A stretch of DNA of 64,000 nt from Bacteroidales bacterium (GCA_038248505.1 JBBRXJ010000003.1:5331-69330); one strand, 5' to 3'; positions 18,893-30,020 are shown, numbered from the stretch's first letter. Numbers and translations: made by a program. Notes: generated from the letters alone by a model not told the origin.

Positions 18893-20770
18893 TCACCTAC
18901 CTAATAAAACGAGAAGTATATTAATATCGGCTGGCGATACGCCTGGTATTCGTGATGCTTGTCCGATTGTGCTTGGATTAATTCTTTTTAGCTTCTGCCT
19001 ACTCTCTGTTGAGAGTGATAAAATTTTATCATATTCAAAACGATTAACTATCTCCAAGTTCTCCAATCGTATCATTTTTTCTGCTAATTCCTGCTCTTTT
19101 TGAATATAACCTGAATATTTTATTTGTATTTCTGTTTGCTCGCAAATTTCATCTAGTTGCATGTCATTTAAGTCTTCTAATATAATTATATCGGGACGAA
19201 CTGTTTTAATGTCATCTATTGATATTTCAGGTCGAAGAATTAAATCATAAATTTTTATCTTTTGCTTAATCTTTGAACTTTCTCGTGATTCTAGCATTAT
19301 ATTAACTTCGTCTGGACTGATACTTTCTGCTTTAAACTTAGTTAGAAGCTGACTAACTTCTAATTTTTTCCTGTTTAATCTACTTAAACGTAAATCACTT
19401 GCTAAGCCTAAGGAATGCGATTTTTCTGTTAAGCGTTCATCAGCATTATCCTGACGTAATAAAATACGATACTCAGCACGTGAGGTAAACATTCGATATG
19501 GTTCATCTACTCCTTTTGTTACTAAATCGTCAATTAATACGCCAATATAAGCTTCGTTTCGTTTTAAAATAAAAGGGTTCTCTTCTTTAATTTTTAATGA
19601 CGCATTAATACCAGCCATCAAACCCTGAGCAGCGGCTTCTTCATATCCTGTTGTTCCATTTACTTGACCAGCAAAATATAATCCATTAATTGCCTTTGTC
19701 TCTAAACAAGAATTTAATTGTGTTGGATCAAAATAATCATATTCAATTGCATAGCCAGGTCTGAATATACGAACATTCTCTAAACCTTCAATTTTTCGGA
19801 GGGCTTGCAATTGTATCTGCCATGGTAAAGAGGAAGAAAACCCATTTAAATAATACTCAATTGTATCAAGACCTTCAGGCTCAAGAAACAACTGATGTTT
19901 ATCTTTTTCGGAAAAAGTTACAATTTTATCTTCAATACTCGGACAATATCGCGGACCGCGACCTTTTATGGTTCCAGAAAATAAAGGTGAATCGTTAAAC
20001 CCTTGTCTTAATAGATCATGAACCTGTTCATTTGTATAAGTGATATAACAGGAACGTTCTTTTAATTGAAGTTTTTTACTGTTTGCTAGATATGAAAAAC
20101 TACCTCCTTCAGAATCTCCTTTTTGTTCAATAAGATTTGTAAAATTAATTGATCTGCCATCAATTCGTACAGGAGTACCTGTTTTCATTCTTCCAACTCG
20201 TACTCCAATCTCCTTCAGTTGATCTGATAAACCCTCTGATGGTTTATCTGCCATTCTTCCACCTTTCAGTTGATTTTTACCAATATGCATCAAACCGTTT
20301 AAAAATGTTCCACTGGTTACAATAACTGCTTTACATTTTATTGTTATTCCTATTTCAGTACGTACACCGCAAACTCTTTCTCCTTCAAATAAAACCTCTA
20401 AAACAGTATCTTGTAAAAAAGATAAATTAGGGATCTGTTCTAATCTATTTCTCCAATTAATTGAAAACAAAGTACGATCACATTGTGCCCTTGGACTCCA
20501 CATAGCAGGACCTTTTGAATGATTCAACATTTTAAACTGAATCATACTCTCATCGGTTACTAATCCCGAAAGACCTCCCATTGCATCAATTTCTCTAACT
20601 ATTTGTCCTTTTGCAATGCCACCCATTGCTGGGTTACATGACATTTGAGCAAATTTTGAAAGATCCATTGTTATTAAAAGTGTTTTGCTATCAAGATTTG
20701 CGGCAGCGGCGGCAGCTTCACAACCCGCATGACCGGCACCAATTACAACTAAATCATAGTTTTCAAACAT
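18893..20770 (-). CDS. mnmG: tRNA uridine 5-carboxymethylaminomethyl modification enzyme MnmG (GidA)
   Basis: 625 aa. FAD-binding [12 protein letters not shown], then the [11 protein letters not shown] and [19 protein letters not shown] blocks. Confidence 0.97.
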   Translation of the reverse strand: MFENYDLVVIGAGHAGCEAAAAAANLDSKTLLITMDLSKFAQMSCNPAMGGIAKGQIVREIDAMGGLSGLVTDESMIQFKMLNHSKGPAMWSPRAQCDRTLFSINWRNRLEQIPNLSFLQDTVLEVLFEGERVCGVRTEIGITIKCKAVIVTSGTFLNGLMHIGKNQLKGGRMADKPSEGLSDQLKEIGVRVGRMKTGTPVRIDGRSINFTNLIEQKGDSEGGSFSYLANSKKLQLKERSCYITYTNEQVHDLLRQGFNDSPLFSGTIKGRGPRYCPSIEDKIVTFSEKDKHQLFLEPEGLDTIEYYLNGFSSSLPWQIQLQALRKIEGLENVRIFRPGYAIEYDYFDPTQLNSCLETKAINGLYFAGQVNGTTGYEEAAAQGLMAGINASLKIKEENPFILKRNEAYIGVLIDDLVTKGVDEPYRMFTSRAEYRILLRQDNADERLTEKSHSLGLASDLRLSRLNRKKLEVSQLLTKFKAESISPDEVNIMLESRESSKIKQKIKIYDLILRPEISIDDIKTVRPDIIILEDLNDMQLDEICEQTEIQIKYSGYIQKEQELAEKMIRLENLEIVNRFEYDKILSLSTESRQKLKRINPSTIGQASRIPGVSPADINILLVLLGR

Positions 20771-21186
20771 TTCTCAAGCCTCCTTAACGCCTTATCTTCT
20801 TCTAAAGTCATTCGTTTTTTATCAGGGATATTGAGGTCATCAAAATCCATACAATGTAATAAACCATGCACCATTACTCGATCTAGCTCGTTTTGAATAG
20901 TGCATTTAAACTCTTTTGCATTACGCTTTACTTGCTCAATACTAATAAAAATCTCAGCGGAAACAATATTTCCAACACTATAATCAAACGAAATAACATC
21001 TGTAAAATAACTACGATTGAGGTATTTTTTATTAATCCTCCTTAAAAATGTATCATTTACGATAAAATAAGAAATTTGTCCAAAGAATTTCTTCTTTAAA
21101 ACGAGCTCTTTTTCTAACCAAATTTTTCGTAAAATAGCCTGTTTAGGCCGGAAAGGAATATTTATATAGCTGAAGGTAACAGCCAT
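20749..21186 (-). CDS. ybeY: rRNA maturation RNase YbeY
   Basis: 145 aa. Metal-binding block [14 protein letters not shown] (H-x3-H type). Overlaps the mnmG start by 22 nt. Confidence 0.85.
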   Translation of the reverse strand: MAVTFSYINIPFRPKQAILRKIWLEKELVLKKKFFGQISYFIVNDTFLRRINKKYLNRSYFTDVISFDYSVGNIVSAEIFISIEQVKRNAKEFKCTIQNELDRVMVHGLLHCMDFDDLNIPDKKRMTLEEDKALRRLEKCLKTMI

Positions 21187-21594
21187 TTATACTTTAAAAT
21201 GCAGTTCAACTTTTGATCCTGAATCATTAAATATCAAATTATCTGCTAATTGTTTCATAAGAAAAATTCCTCGTCCATTAATGCTCTCTAATCTATCAGG
21301 TAAGGTAGGATCAGGTAACTTTGAATAATCAAAACCGTTACCTTGATCTCCAACAGTAACAACAAGTAAATTTTCAGTTTTAACAAAGTTTGCGGCTAAT
21401 TCAACATATTTTGATTCATCAAGCTTATTACCATGAATAATACTATTATTAACGGCTTCAATAACGGATATTAATAAATTTCCATATACACTCTTGCCGA
21501 GATTTAAACTTTCGGAAATTTCATCTACAAAAATTTCTACTTCTCGCAGAGATTCTATTTTGGACGCTAATTTCAATTCTTTTTTCATTAACAA
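21187..21594 (-). CDS. RsbW/SpoIIAB/SiaB-like anti-sigma regulatory factor (GHKL-type serine protein kinase)
   Basis: 135 aa. N-box EAVNNSIIHGN, G1 DQGNGF, G2 GRGIFLM. Its stop codon directly abuts the ybeY start. Confidence 0.75.
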   Translation of the reverse strand: MLMKKELKLASKIESLREVEIFVDEISESLNLGKSVYGNLLISVIEAVNNSIIHGNKLDESKYVELAANFVKTENLLVVTVGDQGNGFDYSKLPDPTLPDRLESINGRGIFLMKQLADNLIFNDSGSKVELHFKV

Positions 21595-21752
21595 ATTATG
21601 GTCATTTAGCCTTTATACTTTATTTATTCAAAATAGTTGCTAAAATAGCTTACAATTATGTTTTAAGCAAGAAAAAAATCAAATGCTTACAATAAATATC
21701 CTTAATAAATTAATATACACCTACATACTGTAGGTATTTTTAAACAAGAGTA

Positions 21753-22955
21753 TTAATTACTTTTTGTTAACCAATCTCTTGGATTTAACTTATTAAGTTC
21801 ATTCCATATTTCAAAATGTAATACAGATGCTTCTTCGTCTTGATCGTAGTAAACCTCACCAATATCCTGTTTAGTAATAACATCGTCGCCTACATTTACC
21901 TTCACATTAATTAGATTTTGATATACCGATAGATAGCTTCCGTGACGAATAATTAAAGTATAATTAGCTCCTTTTATAGCAATTATCTTGCTTACTTTAC
22001 CAGCAAAAACGCATCTTACAACAGATCCTTTAATAGCAGTAATATCAATTCCATTGTTATTTATAAAAATACCTTTTAGTACAGGATGTTCTTGTTTACC
22101 GAAACTACTTGTTATAATACCGCTCTTAGTAGGCCAAGGAAGCATTCCGCTGTTCTTTCCAAAATTATCAGATAAACTTTTTTCAGTAGGTGTTAATTGA
22201 GAATAGAGCGAACTTTTTGCGCTTTTCTTTGCTTCCGATTCAATATATTTTTGAATTGTTTTACTTAACTGATCGGCAATTCGACGATTATCATTAATCT
22301 TTTTTGTAAGCTCTTGTTCTTTTTGCTTGAGACTACCTACTATTTCTTTTTGCTTTTGTTTTTCTATCTCAAGTTTAATTTTTTCTGATTCTTTTTCACT
22401 TATAAGCTGGCGCTTTTCATTAATAATAGCTCGCGTCTTATTGCTTTCTTGCTCTATCTGTTTTTTAATTGAACTTATATGTTCAGCTTGTTTTCTTCTA
22501 TAATCTGATATTTGCTGGATATACTGTAAGCGCTTAAAAGCCATATTAAAATCTTCAGCTGCAATAATATAAATTAAAATATTTCGTGTTTTTTTTCTTT
22601 GAATTTGAGTTTGAACAATCAGTTTTATATATTCCATTCGAATTTCATCAAGTGACTGTTTTAGATAATCAATCTTTTTATATTGATTATCTAGTTCATT
22701 TCCAAGCAGATTAACATCACTTCCAATATCTTCAATAAGTCTTTTTCTTAAATCTACACCTTTATTAATTACGTTTAACTTACTAATTGAATTTGACTTA
22801 TTATTTCTTACTTCTTTTAAGAGATTACTTGTATACTGTATCTCCTTAAGTGTTTTATCTTTAGATTTCTCAAGTTCTGCCTTTGTTTGCGAAAAACATA
22901 AAGCATAATTAATTACAAAACAAGAAATTAATATGAAATAAGACTTACTTTTCAT
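21753..22955 (-). CDS. M23 family peptidase with long coiled coil (EnvC/murein hydrolase activator-like)
   Basis: About 400 aa from the ATG at 22955 (MKSKSYFILISCFVINYALCFSQ signal peptide). Long Lys/Glu/Gln coiled coil. C-terminal LytM/M23 domain (GIDITA...GNYTLIIRHG...LHFEIW). The longer track ORF (to 23033) would overlap the TPR gene by 89 nt. Confidence 0.85.
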   Translation of the reverse strand: MKSKSYFILISCFVINYALCFSQTKAELEKSKDKTLKEIQYTSNLLKEVRNNKSNSISKLNVINKGVDLRKRLIEDIGSDVNLLGNELDNQYKKIDYLKQSLDEIRMEYIKLIVQTQIQRKKTRNILIYIIAAEDFNMAFKRLQYIQQISDYRRKQAEHISSIKKQIEQESNKTRAIINEKRQLISEKESEKIKLEIEKQKQKEIVGSLKQKEQELTKKINDNRRIADQLSKTIQKYIESEAKKSAKSSLYSQLTPTEKSLSDNFGKNSGMLPWPTKSGIITSSFGKQEHPVLKGIFINNNGIDITAIKGSVVRCVFAGKVSKIIAIKGANYTLIIRHGSYLSVYQNLINVKVNVGDDVITKQDIGEVYYDQDEEASVLHFEIWNELNKLNPRDWLTKSN

Positions 22956-24666
22956 AAAGATGTATCTTTTCTTGTAAATTGATCTTTTCTTCAGACTCGC
23001 AATCACATTTAAAGGCTTGCTTCCATAAAACAATAGCCATGGCCTCTTTTTTGAGTTTTAAATGAATATCTCCGTAATGATCAAGAATTGTACAACTACT
23101 CATTCCGCCGCGTTCTAGTGCAAGTTTTATAAACTTTTTAGCCTTATTGTATTTACCCATTTGATATAAAATCCATCCATAGGTATCTAAGTAACTTGGG
23201 CTATCTGGTTTTATTTTTACTGTTCTTGCTGACATTTGTTCAGCTTTATTAAGATTAACATCACGTAAGGACAGGAAATAGCTATAATTATTTAGCACCA
23301 AAAGATCATTTGGATCAATTTTAAGTGCTTTTTCATAATAAGTATCACTCAATTCATATTTTTTTAAGGTGTTTGCTGATTCGCCAATAAAACTATAAAT
23401 AGTTCCTAAAGCCGTTTTATCGCTAACTAGCTCGCTTCCTTTTATTAAAATATCAATAATTTCTGCATCTTTCTGTATTTGAGATGATGCTATAGCCATA
23501 TAAATATACAGACTTGCTTTATCTGGATAGGTGTTCTTTATTAGAATTGTATTGGCGTATAAGCTATCATATTGCTTTGATTTATTTAAAATAAAAAACA
23601 ATTGCTCCCAAAGCATATAGTTACCATAATTGAGTTTTATAAGTTCTTTTAAATTTACTATAGATTTATTTGTACTATCAATTTTCAAATAAAAATCAGA
23701 TAATAATGCTAGAACACTTTTCTCTTTAGGTACTATTGTTTCTAATAGACGGGCCCCTGATACTAAAGTTAGAATATTGGATTTGGTTTCTTTCTCACTA
23801 AGTAAGTGATAAAAAGCTTTTACTTTTATTTCCGATTTAATAGATCTATCGAAAATAATATTGATAAACAAAGAGTTTTTAGCTGTATCGTATTTTCTTT
23901 CTGATAAATAAAACAAATAATTTAATTTAAGAAGAGCATTGAATGGATAATTAACCATAAGTGCTTTAAACAAAGAATCTGCTGCAATAGTATCCTTTGC
24001 CTTACCGACTAACACGGCATTTTCGATCATAAAATTCAAACTATCTGGAAAACGTTTCATTAAATCGTGAACCTCAATGAGAGCTTCATTAATTTTCATT
24101 GATGATTTTAACGCTTCAATCTTCATTTCACGTACAAGAATACTAAACCCAGCCTTTTTCTCAATAGAATCGCATAAAACAACAGCATCAGCAAAAAACT
24201 CTGACTGCATATAGGCATCACCAAGAGCAATCATTAGCTCTACATCATTTGGAGTACGTTTTAATATTCGTTCATATACACTTCTTAAACTATCACGCAT
24301 ACCAAGATATTGAAACATTGCAGCAATATTTAAAGAATAATGAGAATTAAGAGGATCGTTTTTTTCAGCCATTCTAGCAAAATAAAGACTCGATGATATG
24401 TCTTGTTTTTGAAGAAATATACGTGATAACTGATAATAGGAGGCTGCACTATTTGAATTAATTTTAAGACAATAAGAATAAAGCTTTGCTGCATCCTGAA
24501 TATTACCAAGCAATTGAAGACGATTTGCTTCAGTAAAATTATAATAATACTCTTGCTCTAATTCCTCAGGCGATTTCAAATTCTTTTGACCACCTTTATT
24601 TGCAGGCGTTTGAGCATAAATATTACAGCTTAAGAGGAATAAAATAAATAAAATAAATTTTCTCAA
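22945..24666 (-). CDS. Tetratricopeptide-repeat protein, secreted
   Basis: 573 aa. Signal peptide MRKFILFILFLLSCNIYAQ. Multiple TPR-like A-x-x-x-Y/L-x-x-A repeats throughout. Confidence 0.8.
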   Translation of the reverse strand: MRKFILFILFLLSCNIYAQTPANKGGQKNLKSPEELEQEYYYNFTEANRLQLLGNIQDAAKLYSYCLKINSNSAASYYQLSRIFLQKQDISSSLYFARMAEKNDPLNSHYSLNIAAMFQYLGMRDSLRSVYERILKRTPNDVELMIALGDAYMQSEFFADAVVLCDSIEKKAGFSILVREMKIEALKSSMKINEALIEVHDLMKRFPDSLNFMIENAVLVGKAKDTIAADSLFKALMVNYPFNALLKLNYLFYLSERKYDTAKNSLFINIIFDRSIKSEIKVKAFYHLLSEKETKSNILTLVSGARLLETIVPKEKSVLALLSDFYLKIDSTNKSIVNLKELIKLNYGNYMLWEQLFFILNKSKQYDSLYANTILIKNTYPDKASLYIYMAIASSQIQKDAEIIDILIKGSELVSDKTALGTIYSFIGESANTLKKYELSDTYYEKALKIDPNDLLVLNNYSYFLSLRDVNLNKAEQMSARTVKIKPDSPSYLDTYGWILYQMGKYNKAKKFIKLALERGGMSSCTILDHYGDIHLKLKKEAMAIVLWKQAFKCDCESEEKINLQEKIHLYEK

Positions 24667-25667
24667 CTTTTTAATTTTGAATTCTGACTAATATCTATCT
24701 TCTCTTTTGTCTTTAAATAGGAGGCTTCTGACCCAATCATTGATTCTGTTATATTAACATTTTCAAGCAGTACTCCATCGTAAATTATACTATTTGACAC
24801 AATACTGTGTTTGATTGAAGAACCTTCATTTATAGATACATAAGGACCTACTACTGAGTTTTCAATAAGAACATTATTTTCAATATAACAAGGTTCAATA
24901 ATAATTGAATTCTTTAATCCTTTGTTTTTTACAGCTTTCTTTGTGCTTTTCTTTAGATCTAAAATTCGTGTATTTGCATAAATAGTAGCTGCAACATTAC
25001 CACAATCGAGCCATTCATCAACCTCAACTGTTTTAATTTTCATACCCTTTAGCTTTAAATTCTCAAGTGCATCGGTTAACTGATACTCACCTTTTACTGT
25101 AATTTTATTACTTATTAAGTACTTAAGTTCAGAGTGTAATTTATCTGCTTCTTTAAAATAGTAAATTCCAATAATGGCTTTATCCGAAATTTTTTGTTTT
25201 GGTTTCTCAACAAATTCTTTTACAATGCCATTTTTATCAGTTAATACAACACCAAACTGACTCGGATCATCTACTTTTTTAATCCAAATTAAACCTTGCT
25301 CATTTGATTTAACGGTAATTGTGCTATTAAATAAGGTATCAGCAAAAGCAATAACAACCTTGCCATTAAGCATTTCTTCAGCACAAAAAATGGCATGTCC
25401 AGTACCTAGCGGAACATCTTGATAATATATTTTACCTTTTGCTCCTATATTTTTTGCTATTTGAAGGAGCTGTTTTTCAACATCTTTACCAAATCGTCCA
25501 GTAATAAAGCCAACTTCGTCAATTTTCTCATCCATGACTTCAGCTAATTCTTCTACTAATCTTTGTACAATGGGCTTTCCAGCAACTTTTATCAATGGTT
25601 TTGGAATAGTTAAGGTATGAGGACGCATTCTTTTGCCCATTCCAGCCATAGGTATAACAATCTTCAT
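24663..25667 (-). CDS. Sugar-phosphate nucleotidyltransferase with C-terminal left-handed beta-helix domain
   Basis: 334 aa. N-terminal IPMAGMGKRMRP...PKPLIKVAGKPIV signature of NTP_transferase. C-terminal hexapeptide-like repeats. Confidence 0.8.
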   Translation of the reverse strand: MKIVIPMAGMGKRMRPHTLTIPKPLIKVAGKPIVQRLVEELAEVMDEKIDEVGFITGRFGKDVEKQLLQIAKNIGAKGKIYYQDVPLGTGHAIFCAEEMLNGKVVIAFADTLFNSTITVKSNEQGLIWIKKVDDPSQFGVVLTDKNGIVKEFVEKPKQKISDKAIIGIYYFKEADKLHSELKYLISNKITVKGEYQLTDALENLKLKGMKIKTVEVDEWLDCGNVAATIYANTRILDLKKSTKKAVKNKGLKNSIIIEPCYIENNVLIENSVVGPYVSINEGSSIKHSIVSNSIIYDGVLLENVNITESMIGSEASYLKTKEKIDISQNSKLKS

Positions 25668-25671
25668 AAAT

Positions 25672-26148
25672 CTATTTTTGCTTTTTTATTTTAATTCCAT
25701 ATTCTTTTTCAGCTTGAGTTTCTGTAATGTCGGTATCTACAGCTTCTTCAAGAAACTCACAGTTACGCTGCTCTGTTAAAAAATCTTTAAAATATTCAAT
25801 ATCTCCATAAGCATCAGCATCGTCTCTATCATAGTGCCAGTGGATAGTTACCTTACCTGGAGCTACTAATTTGCAAATACTTTCAAGCATCATTGGAACA
25901 ACTTTAGCAGAAGCGGTATTACAATACCAAAGAGATACATCAACCGTTAAGTCCTTACCATTAATAATTTCAGTATGCTTCTGAATATCTTCATAGATCA
26001 CTCTATAAGCTAATCCTGGATTCTCAGGTAAAGAAACACCTATTAATCTAAATTTCATTGCATCATAATCTAAAATAATCCATGGTGTTGTAGGATTACT
26101 AGCATCTTCAGGTTTAAAAACAACTTTTCCCATCTTCTCAATATTCAT
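25672..26148 (-). CDS. DUF1987 / SiaC-family protein
   Basis: 158 aa. The pattern G.S.PENP...Y..I...I......G..L.V...L.Y.NTASAKV ... V.I.WHYD matches the SiaC (DUF1987) layout as I recall it from Pseudomonas SiaC. Confidence 0.65.
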   Translation of the reverse strand: MNIEKMGKVVFKPEDASNPTTPWIILDYDAMKFRLIGVSLPENPGLAYRVIYEDIQKHTEIINGKDLTVDVSLWYCNTASAKVVPMMLESICKLVAPGKVTIHWHYDRDDADAYGDIEYFKDFLTEQRNCEFLEEAVDTDITETQAEKEYGIKIKKQK

Positions 26149-26152
26149 TTAA

Positions 26153-26593
26153 TTAATTCTTTCCGGTATGGCCAAAACCACCCTCTCCACGCTCAGTTTC
26201 ATCTAATATATCAACTACATCCCATAAAGCTGTTTCATGTTTTGCTATAATCATCTGACAAATACGATCGCCATTTTTTATTGTAAAATCTTCAGAAGAA
26301 GTATTCAGAAGAATAACTCCTATCTCTCCTCTATAATCAGCATCAATAGTACCTGGTGAATTAACAATAGAAATACCATTTTTTAATGCTAAACCACTAC
26401 GTGGACGAATTTGAGCTTCATAGCCTTTAGGTAACTCAATGAAAATACCAGTAGGAATTAGAATTCGTTCGTGAGCCTTTAATAAAACATCCTTATTTAA
26501 AAATGCCATTAAATCCATTCCAGCCGACATTTCAGTCTTATACTGAGGTAATGGATTGCCTGATTTATTTACAATTCGCACTTTTAATTCCAT
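26153..26593 (-). CDS. dut: dUTP diphosphatase
   Basis: 146 aa. All five dUTPase motifs are recognisable ([42 protein letters not shown]). Confidence 0.95.
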   Translation of the reverse strand: MELKVRIVNKSGNPLPQYKTEMSAGMDLMAFLNKDVLLKAHERILIPTGIFIELPKGYEAQIRPRSGLALKNGISIVNSPGTIDADYRGEIGVILLNTSSEDFTIKNGDRICQMIIAKHETALWDVVDILDETERGEGGFGHTGKN

Positions 26594-28020
26594 CTTCTTA
26601 ATATCAGTTTTGACAAAAGTTTCTCTTTAATTTCAATTATCGCAATAAAAGTAGCTAATATAAGGCTACCAACCACAATATTTACAATAGAATTTTCAGT
26701 TCGTACGAAGCGCATTAAAATATACAAGCAAATAGTTAAGACAAAATAAAACAACAATTTAGGCAAATTGTAAGGTACCATCATAAACTTTTGACCAAAA
26801 TAAAAAGACACGAAAACCATTGAGGAGTAAGTAATAAGTCGAGCCCAACCGGAACCCATATATCCAATTAGAGGAACTAAAAGAAAATTTACCAGAATAG
26901 TAACAACAGCGCCAAAAATAGTAAGATATGCGCCATACTTTGTTTTATCCTCTAACTTGTACCAAATAGATAAATTATAAAAAACACCAAGCATTAGGTT
27001 TGCAAGTAAAGCAATAGGAACCACTTTTAATCCCTCCCAATAGGAGACACCTACAAAGTATTTAATTATATCCATATAAGACATTATAGATAAAAATATG
27101 ATTAAGCCAGCAATAACAAAATAATTCATAACCTCAGCATAAACTTGTTTAGCCTTAGCATCAGTCCCTTTATTAAAGAAAAAAGGGTCATAAGCATACC
27201 GAAACATTTGTATGAAAAGAGTCATTAAAACAGCTATTTTGACGTTTGCTCCATAAATTCCTAATTGTGCCATGGCATTCACATTATCAGGCAAAAGATA
27301 TTTTAAGAGAACACGATCCATGGCTTCATTAATATTTCCAGCTAAACCTGCAATTAATAAAGGCAAGACATAAACGAGCATACTCTTAAAAAGCGAAAAA
27401 TCAAATTTCCATTTAAATCCGAACAAAATAGGACTAAGCAATACCAAAGTAAATATGCTTGAATAAAGATTAGCTAAGAATACCAAACCAACATCAGGTT
27501 TAACGCCATGATTAAGAATTTTAAGAAAGACCAGGTTAAGAATTATATTCACCAAAACACTAACAATTTTGATACCTGCAAACCAATAAGCTTTATTCTC
27601 TTGTCTTAGTTTAGCAAAAGGGATTGTTGTAAAAGCATCAATAGCTAATATCCAGGCAAAGCAAGTAATGTATTCCGGATGTTTTGAATAATCCAGTAAT
27701 CCAGTAATTTGAGGTAAGAAGAAATAAACCAATGCAACAAAAAACAAAGAAGTAAAAAGAAGAGCGATTAAAGCAGTAGTGTACACCAGAGGTCGTTTCT
27801 GTTCATCTTTAGAAAACCTGAAAAACCCAGTTTCCATTCCATAAGTTAAAATAATAATAAGAAAAGTAACATAAGCATATAGCTCCGTTATTACACCATA
27901 CTCTTCGGGGAGGAAGATTCTGGCATGTAATGGAACCAACATATAATTTAAAAACCGTGGTACTATACTACTCAAACCATATACCACTGTTTGACCCGCT
28001 AATTTTCTAATATCGCTCAT
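26584..28020 (-). CDS. MOP-superfamily polysaccharide/oligosaccharide flippase (Wzx-like)
   Basis: About 479 aa from the ATG at 28020 ([26 protein letters not shown]...) and about 14 TM segments. The 60 extra N-terminal codons in the track ORF overlap the upstream gene and the palindromic element, so I consider them spurious. Confidence 0.8.
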   Translation of the reverse strand: MSDIRKLAGQTVVYGLSSIVPRFLNYMLVPLHARIFLPEEYGVITELYAYVTFLIIILTYGMETGFFRFSKDEQKRPLVYTTALIALLFTSLFFVALVYFFLPQITGLLDYSKHPEYITCFAWILAIDAFTTIPFAKLRQENKAYWFAGIKIVSVLVNIILNLVFLKILNHGVKPDVGLVFLANLYSSIFTLVLLSPILFGFKWKFDFSLFKSMLVYVLPLLIAGLAGNINEAMDRVLLKYLLPDNVNAMAQLGIYGANVKIAVLMTLFIQMFRYAYDPFFFNKGTDAKAKQVYAEVMNYFVIAGLIIFLSIMSYMDIIKYFVGVSYWEGLKVVPIALLANLMLGVFYNLSIWYKLEDKTKYGAYLTIFGAVVTILVNFLLVPLIGYMGSGWARLITYSSMVFVSFYFGQKFMMVPYNLPKLLFYFVLTICLYILMRFVRTENSIVNIVVGSLILATFIAIIEIKEKLLSKLILRRWN

Positions 28021-28048
28021 ATAAAAAACTCTGTAATACCTGATTTTA

Positions 28049-28918
28049 TTAATGTTCCACGTGGAACAATTTGTTGTTATCAACAGTCTGTAAGGCTTTA
28101 TGAACAGTCTCTTCTTTGAAAGTGAAGCCTGCAGCCAAAAGCCGCTTAGGATAAACTTCCACAGTTTCAAAAATAACGCTTGCTGCTTCGCCCAAGACAA
28201 GGCGTACTAAAAAGGTAGGAATACCGAGAACAAAAGCGAATCGTTTAGCCTTTAGTTCATAAATTATGCTTTGCATACTAACTTTATTAGGTGCCGCAAA
28301 ATTAACGCTATCCTTTATATTTTCATTATCAATCAGAAAATAAAATGCATTCACAAGATCATTTATCCCAATAAAAGACAAAGAAAAATCCTTGTTTCCT
28401 GGTTTTAAATAAAAACCTAAAAAACTTAAAACCCTTAGCTTTGAAACAAAAGCACTATCATTAGCTAATACTACAGCAAATCGGGCTAAACAAACTCTAA
28501 TTGTATTTGCTCTTTTTGCTTCAAACTCCCAATCTTTACAAAGCTTTACAATAAAACTTTGTTCATTGTTTTGAGTTGTTTCATCGGCATATACTAATCC
28601 ATTGTAAATACCAATTGCGCTTGCATTAATAAAAAGACGTGGCTTAACAGTTAAAGAATTTATAGCTTGTACTAATGCTCTTGTAGTATTGATTCGACTA
28701 TTATAGATAGATTTTTTCTTTGCCATGGTCCACCTGCCAATTAAATTTTCGCCTGCCAAATTAATAACCACATCTGAATCCTTAATTGCACTTAATAGTC
28801 TGTTCTCGTTAAATAAAACATCTCTATCTATTTTAATAAGTAAATCACCTCTTCTAGCTATTTCAATAGAGAGTTTTCTCCCAATATATCCTGAATGTCC
28901 AATGAGTGCTATCTGCAT
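28049..28918 (-). CDS. SDR-family epimerase-like protein (YfcH/TIGR01777-type, DUF1731 C-terminus)
   Basis: 289 aa. N-terminal Rossmann IALIGHSGYIGRKL. C-terminal FTFKEETVHKAL block typical of the family. The last 5 codons (FHVEH) are encoded by the 16-bp palindrome. Confidence 0.7.
   Translation of the reverse strand: MQIALIGHSGYIGRKLSIEIARRGDLLIKIDRDVLFNENRLLSAIKDSDVVINLAGENLIGRWTMAKKKSIYNSRINTTRALVQAINSLTVKPRLFINASAIGIYNGLVYADETTQNNEQSFIVKLCKDWEFEAKRANTIRVCLARFAVVLANDSAFVSKLRVLSFLGFYLKPGNKDFSLSFIGINDLVNAFYFLIDNENIKDSVNFAAPNKVSMQSIIYELKAKRFAFVLGIPTFLVRLVLGEAASVIFETVEVYPKRLLAAGFTFKEETVHKALQTVDNNKLFHVEH
28053..28068. repeat. 16-bp perfect palindrome TGTTCCACGTGGAACA
   Basis: Read directly. 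It lies inside the last codons of the epimerase-like CDS and 33 nt upstream of the flippase ATG. Confidence 0.9.
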
Positions 28919-28934
28919 AATTCTTTATTTTTTA

Positions 28935-28942
28935 TACATTTG
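28935..28942 (+). promoter_or_regulatory. Candidate Bacteroidota -7 promoter element (TACATTTG) for pheS
   Basis: Exact TAnnTTTG match 18 nt upstream of the ATG at 28960. This argues against the GTG at 28942 as the true start. Confidence 0.3.
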
Positions 28943-28959
28943 TGTCAAAATTCATAGAA

Positions 28960-29982
28960 ATGATTGATAAAATAACTTCATTACAGAACGAAATAAAGGC
29001 AACTTTAATTTCAGATCAAGCAGGTTTAGAGGCGTATCGATTAAAATATTTAAGCAAAAAAGGACTTATAAATGAACTTTTTGAGGGATTTCGTAATGTA
29101 TCACCAGACCAAAAGAAGTTAGTTGGTTCAAAACTCAACGATCTAAAAAATTTGGCACAAACCAAATTTAATGATCTTTCTGTTCAATTTTCAGTAAGTT
29201 CATCAAATAATCTTATATCTGATTTAAGCCGATCACCAGAACCCTATGTTTTAGGATCTAGACATCCGATCAGTTTAGTAAGAAATAGAATTACTGAGAT
29301 ATTTTCAAGAATAGGTTTTACAGTAAGCGAAGGTCCAGAAGTAGAAGACGATTGGCATGTATTCTCAGCATTAAACTTTCCTCCTGATCATCCAGCACGT
29401 GATATGCAAGACACTTTTTTTATTGAAAAAGATCCTGATATATTGCTGCGAACACATACATCATCAATTCAGGTAAGAGTTATGGAGAACACAAAACCTC
29501 CTATTCGAACAATTTCTCCTGGTAGAGTATTCCGTAATGAAGCAATATCATCACGTTCACATTGCATCTTTCATCAGATTGAAGGACTATACATTGATGA
29601 AAAAGTATCATTTGCAGACTTAAAACAAACATTACTATACTTCTCAAGAGAGTTTTTTGGCAGCAAATCAGAAATTCGTTTGAGACCATCCTTTTTCCCA
29701 TTTACGGAACCTTCTGCAGAAATGGATGTTTCATGCAGTATTTGTGGTGGTAAAGGGTGCAATATTTGTAAATATTCTGGTTGGCTTGAGATTCTTGGGT
29801 GCGGAATGGTAGATCCTAATGTATTAAAAAACAACCATATTGATCCTGAAAAATATAGTGGTTATGCCTTTGGAATGGGTGTAGAGCGTATAGCAATGTT
29901 AATGTATCAGATAAAAGATATACGATTACTATTTGAAAATGATGTTCGCTTTTTAAATCAGTTTACAGCTTCAAATATTTAA
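28960..29982 (+). CDS. pheS: Phenylalanine--tRNA ligase alpha subunit
   Basis: About 340 aa from the ATG at 28960 (the track ORF starts at GTG 28942). Class II motifs HPARDMQDTF, RTHTSSIQVR, FRNE and GMGVERIAML. Confidence 0.93.
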   Translation: MIDKITSLQNEIKATLISDQAGLEAYRLKYLSKKGLINELFEGFRNVSPDQKKLVGSKLNDLKNLAQTKFNDLSVQFSVSSSNNLISDLSRSPEPYVLGSRHPISLVRNRITEIFSRIGFTVSEGPEVEDDWHVFSALNFPPDHPARDMQDTFFIEKDPDILLRTHTSSIQVRVMENTKPPIRTISPGRVFRNEAISSRSHCIFHQIEGLYIDEKVSFADLKQTLLYFSREFFGSKSEIRLRPSFFPFTEPSAEMDVSCSICGGKGCNICKYSGWLEILGCGMVDPNVLKNNHIDPEKYSGYAFGMGVERIAMLMYQIKDIRLLFENDVRFLNQFTASNI

Positions 29983-30020
29983 GACTGGGGCTTGCACGCC
30001 GCCCTTGTTAATGCTTTTAT

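Noticed and set aside
28021-28200. N-terminal 60-codon extension of the flippase ORF. Similar 5' extensions occur in the track ORFs at 23033 (M23), 42477 (GH13), 50019 (OMP), 15643 (parD), 61732 (sufC) and 28942 (pheS).
   Set aside because: The extensions overlap upstream genes or repeat elements and lack family homology. Internal ATG codons give canonical N-termini or signal peptides.
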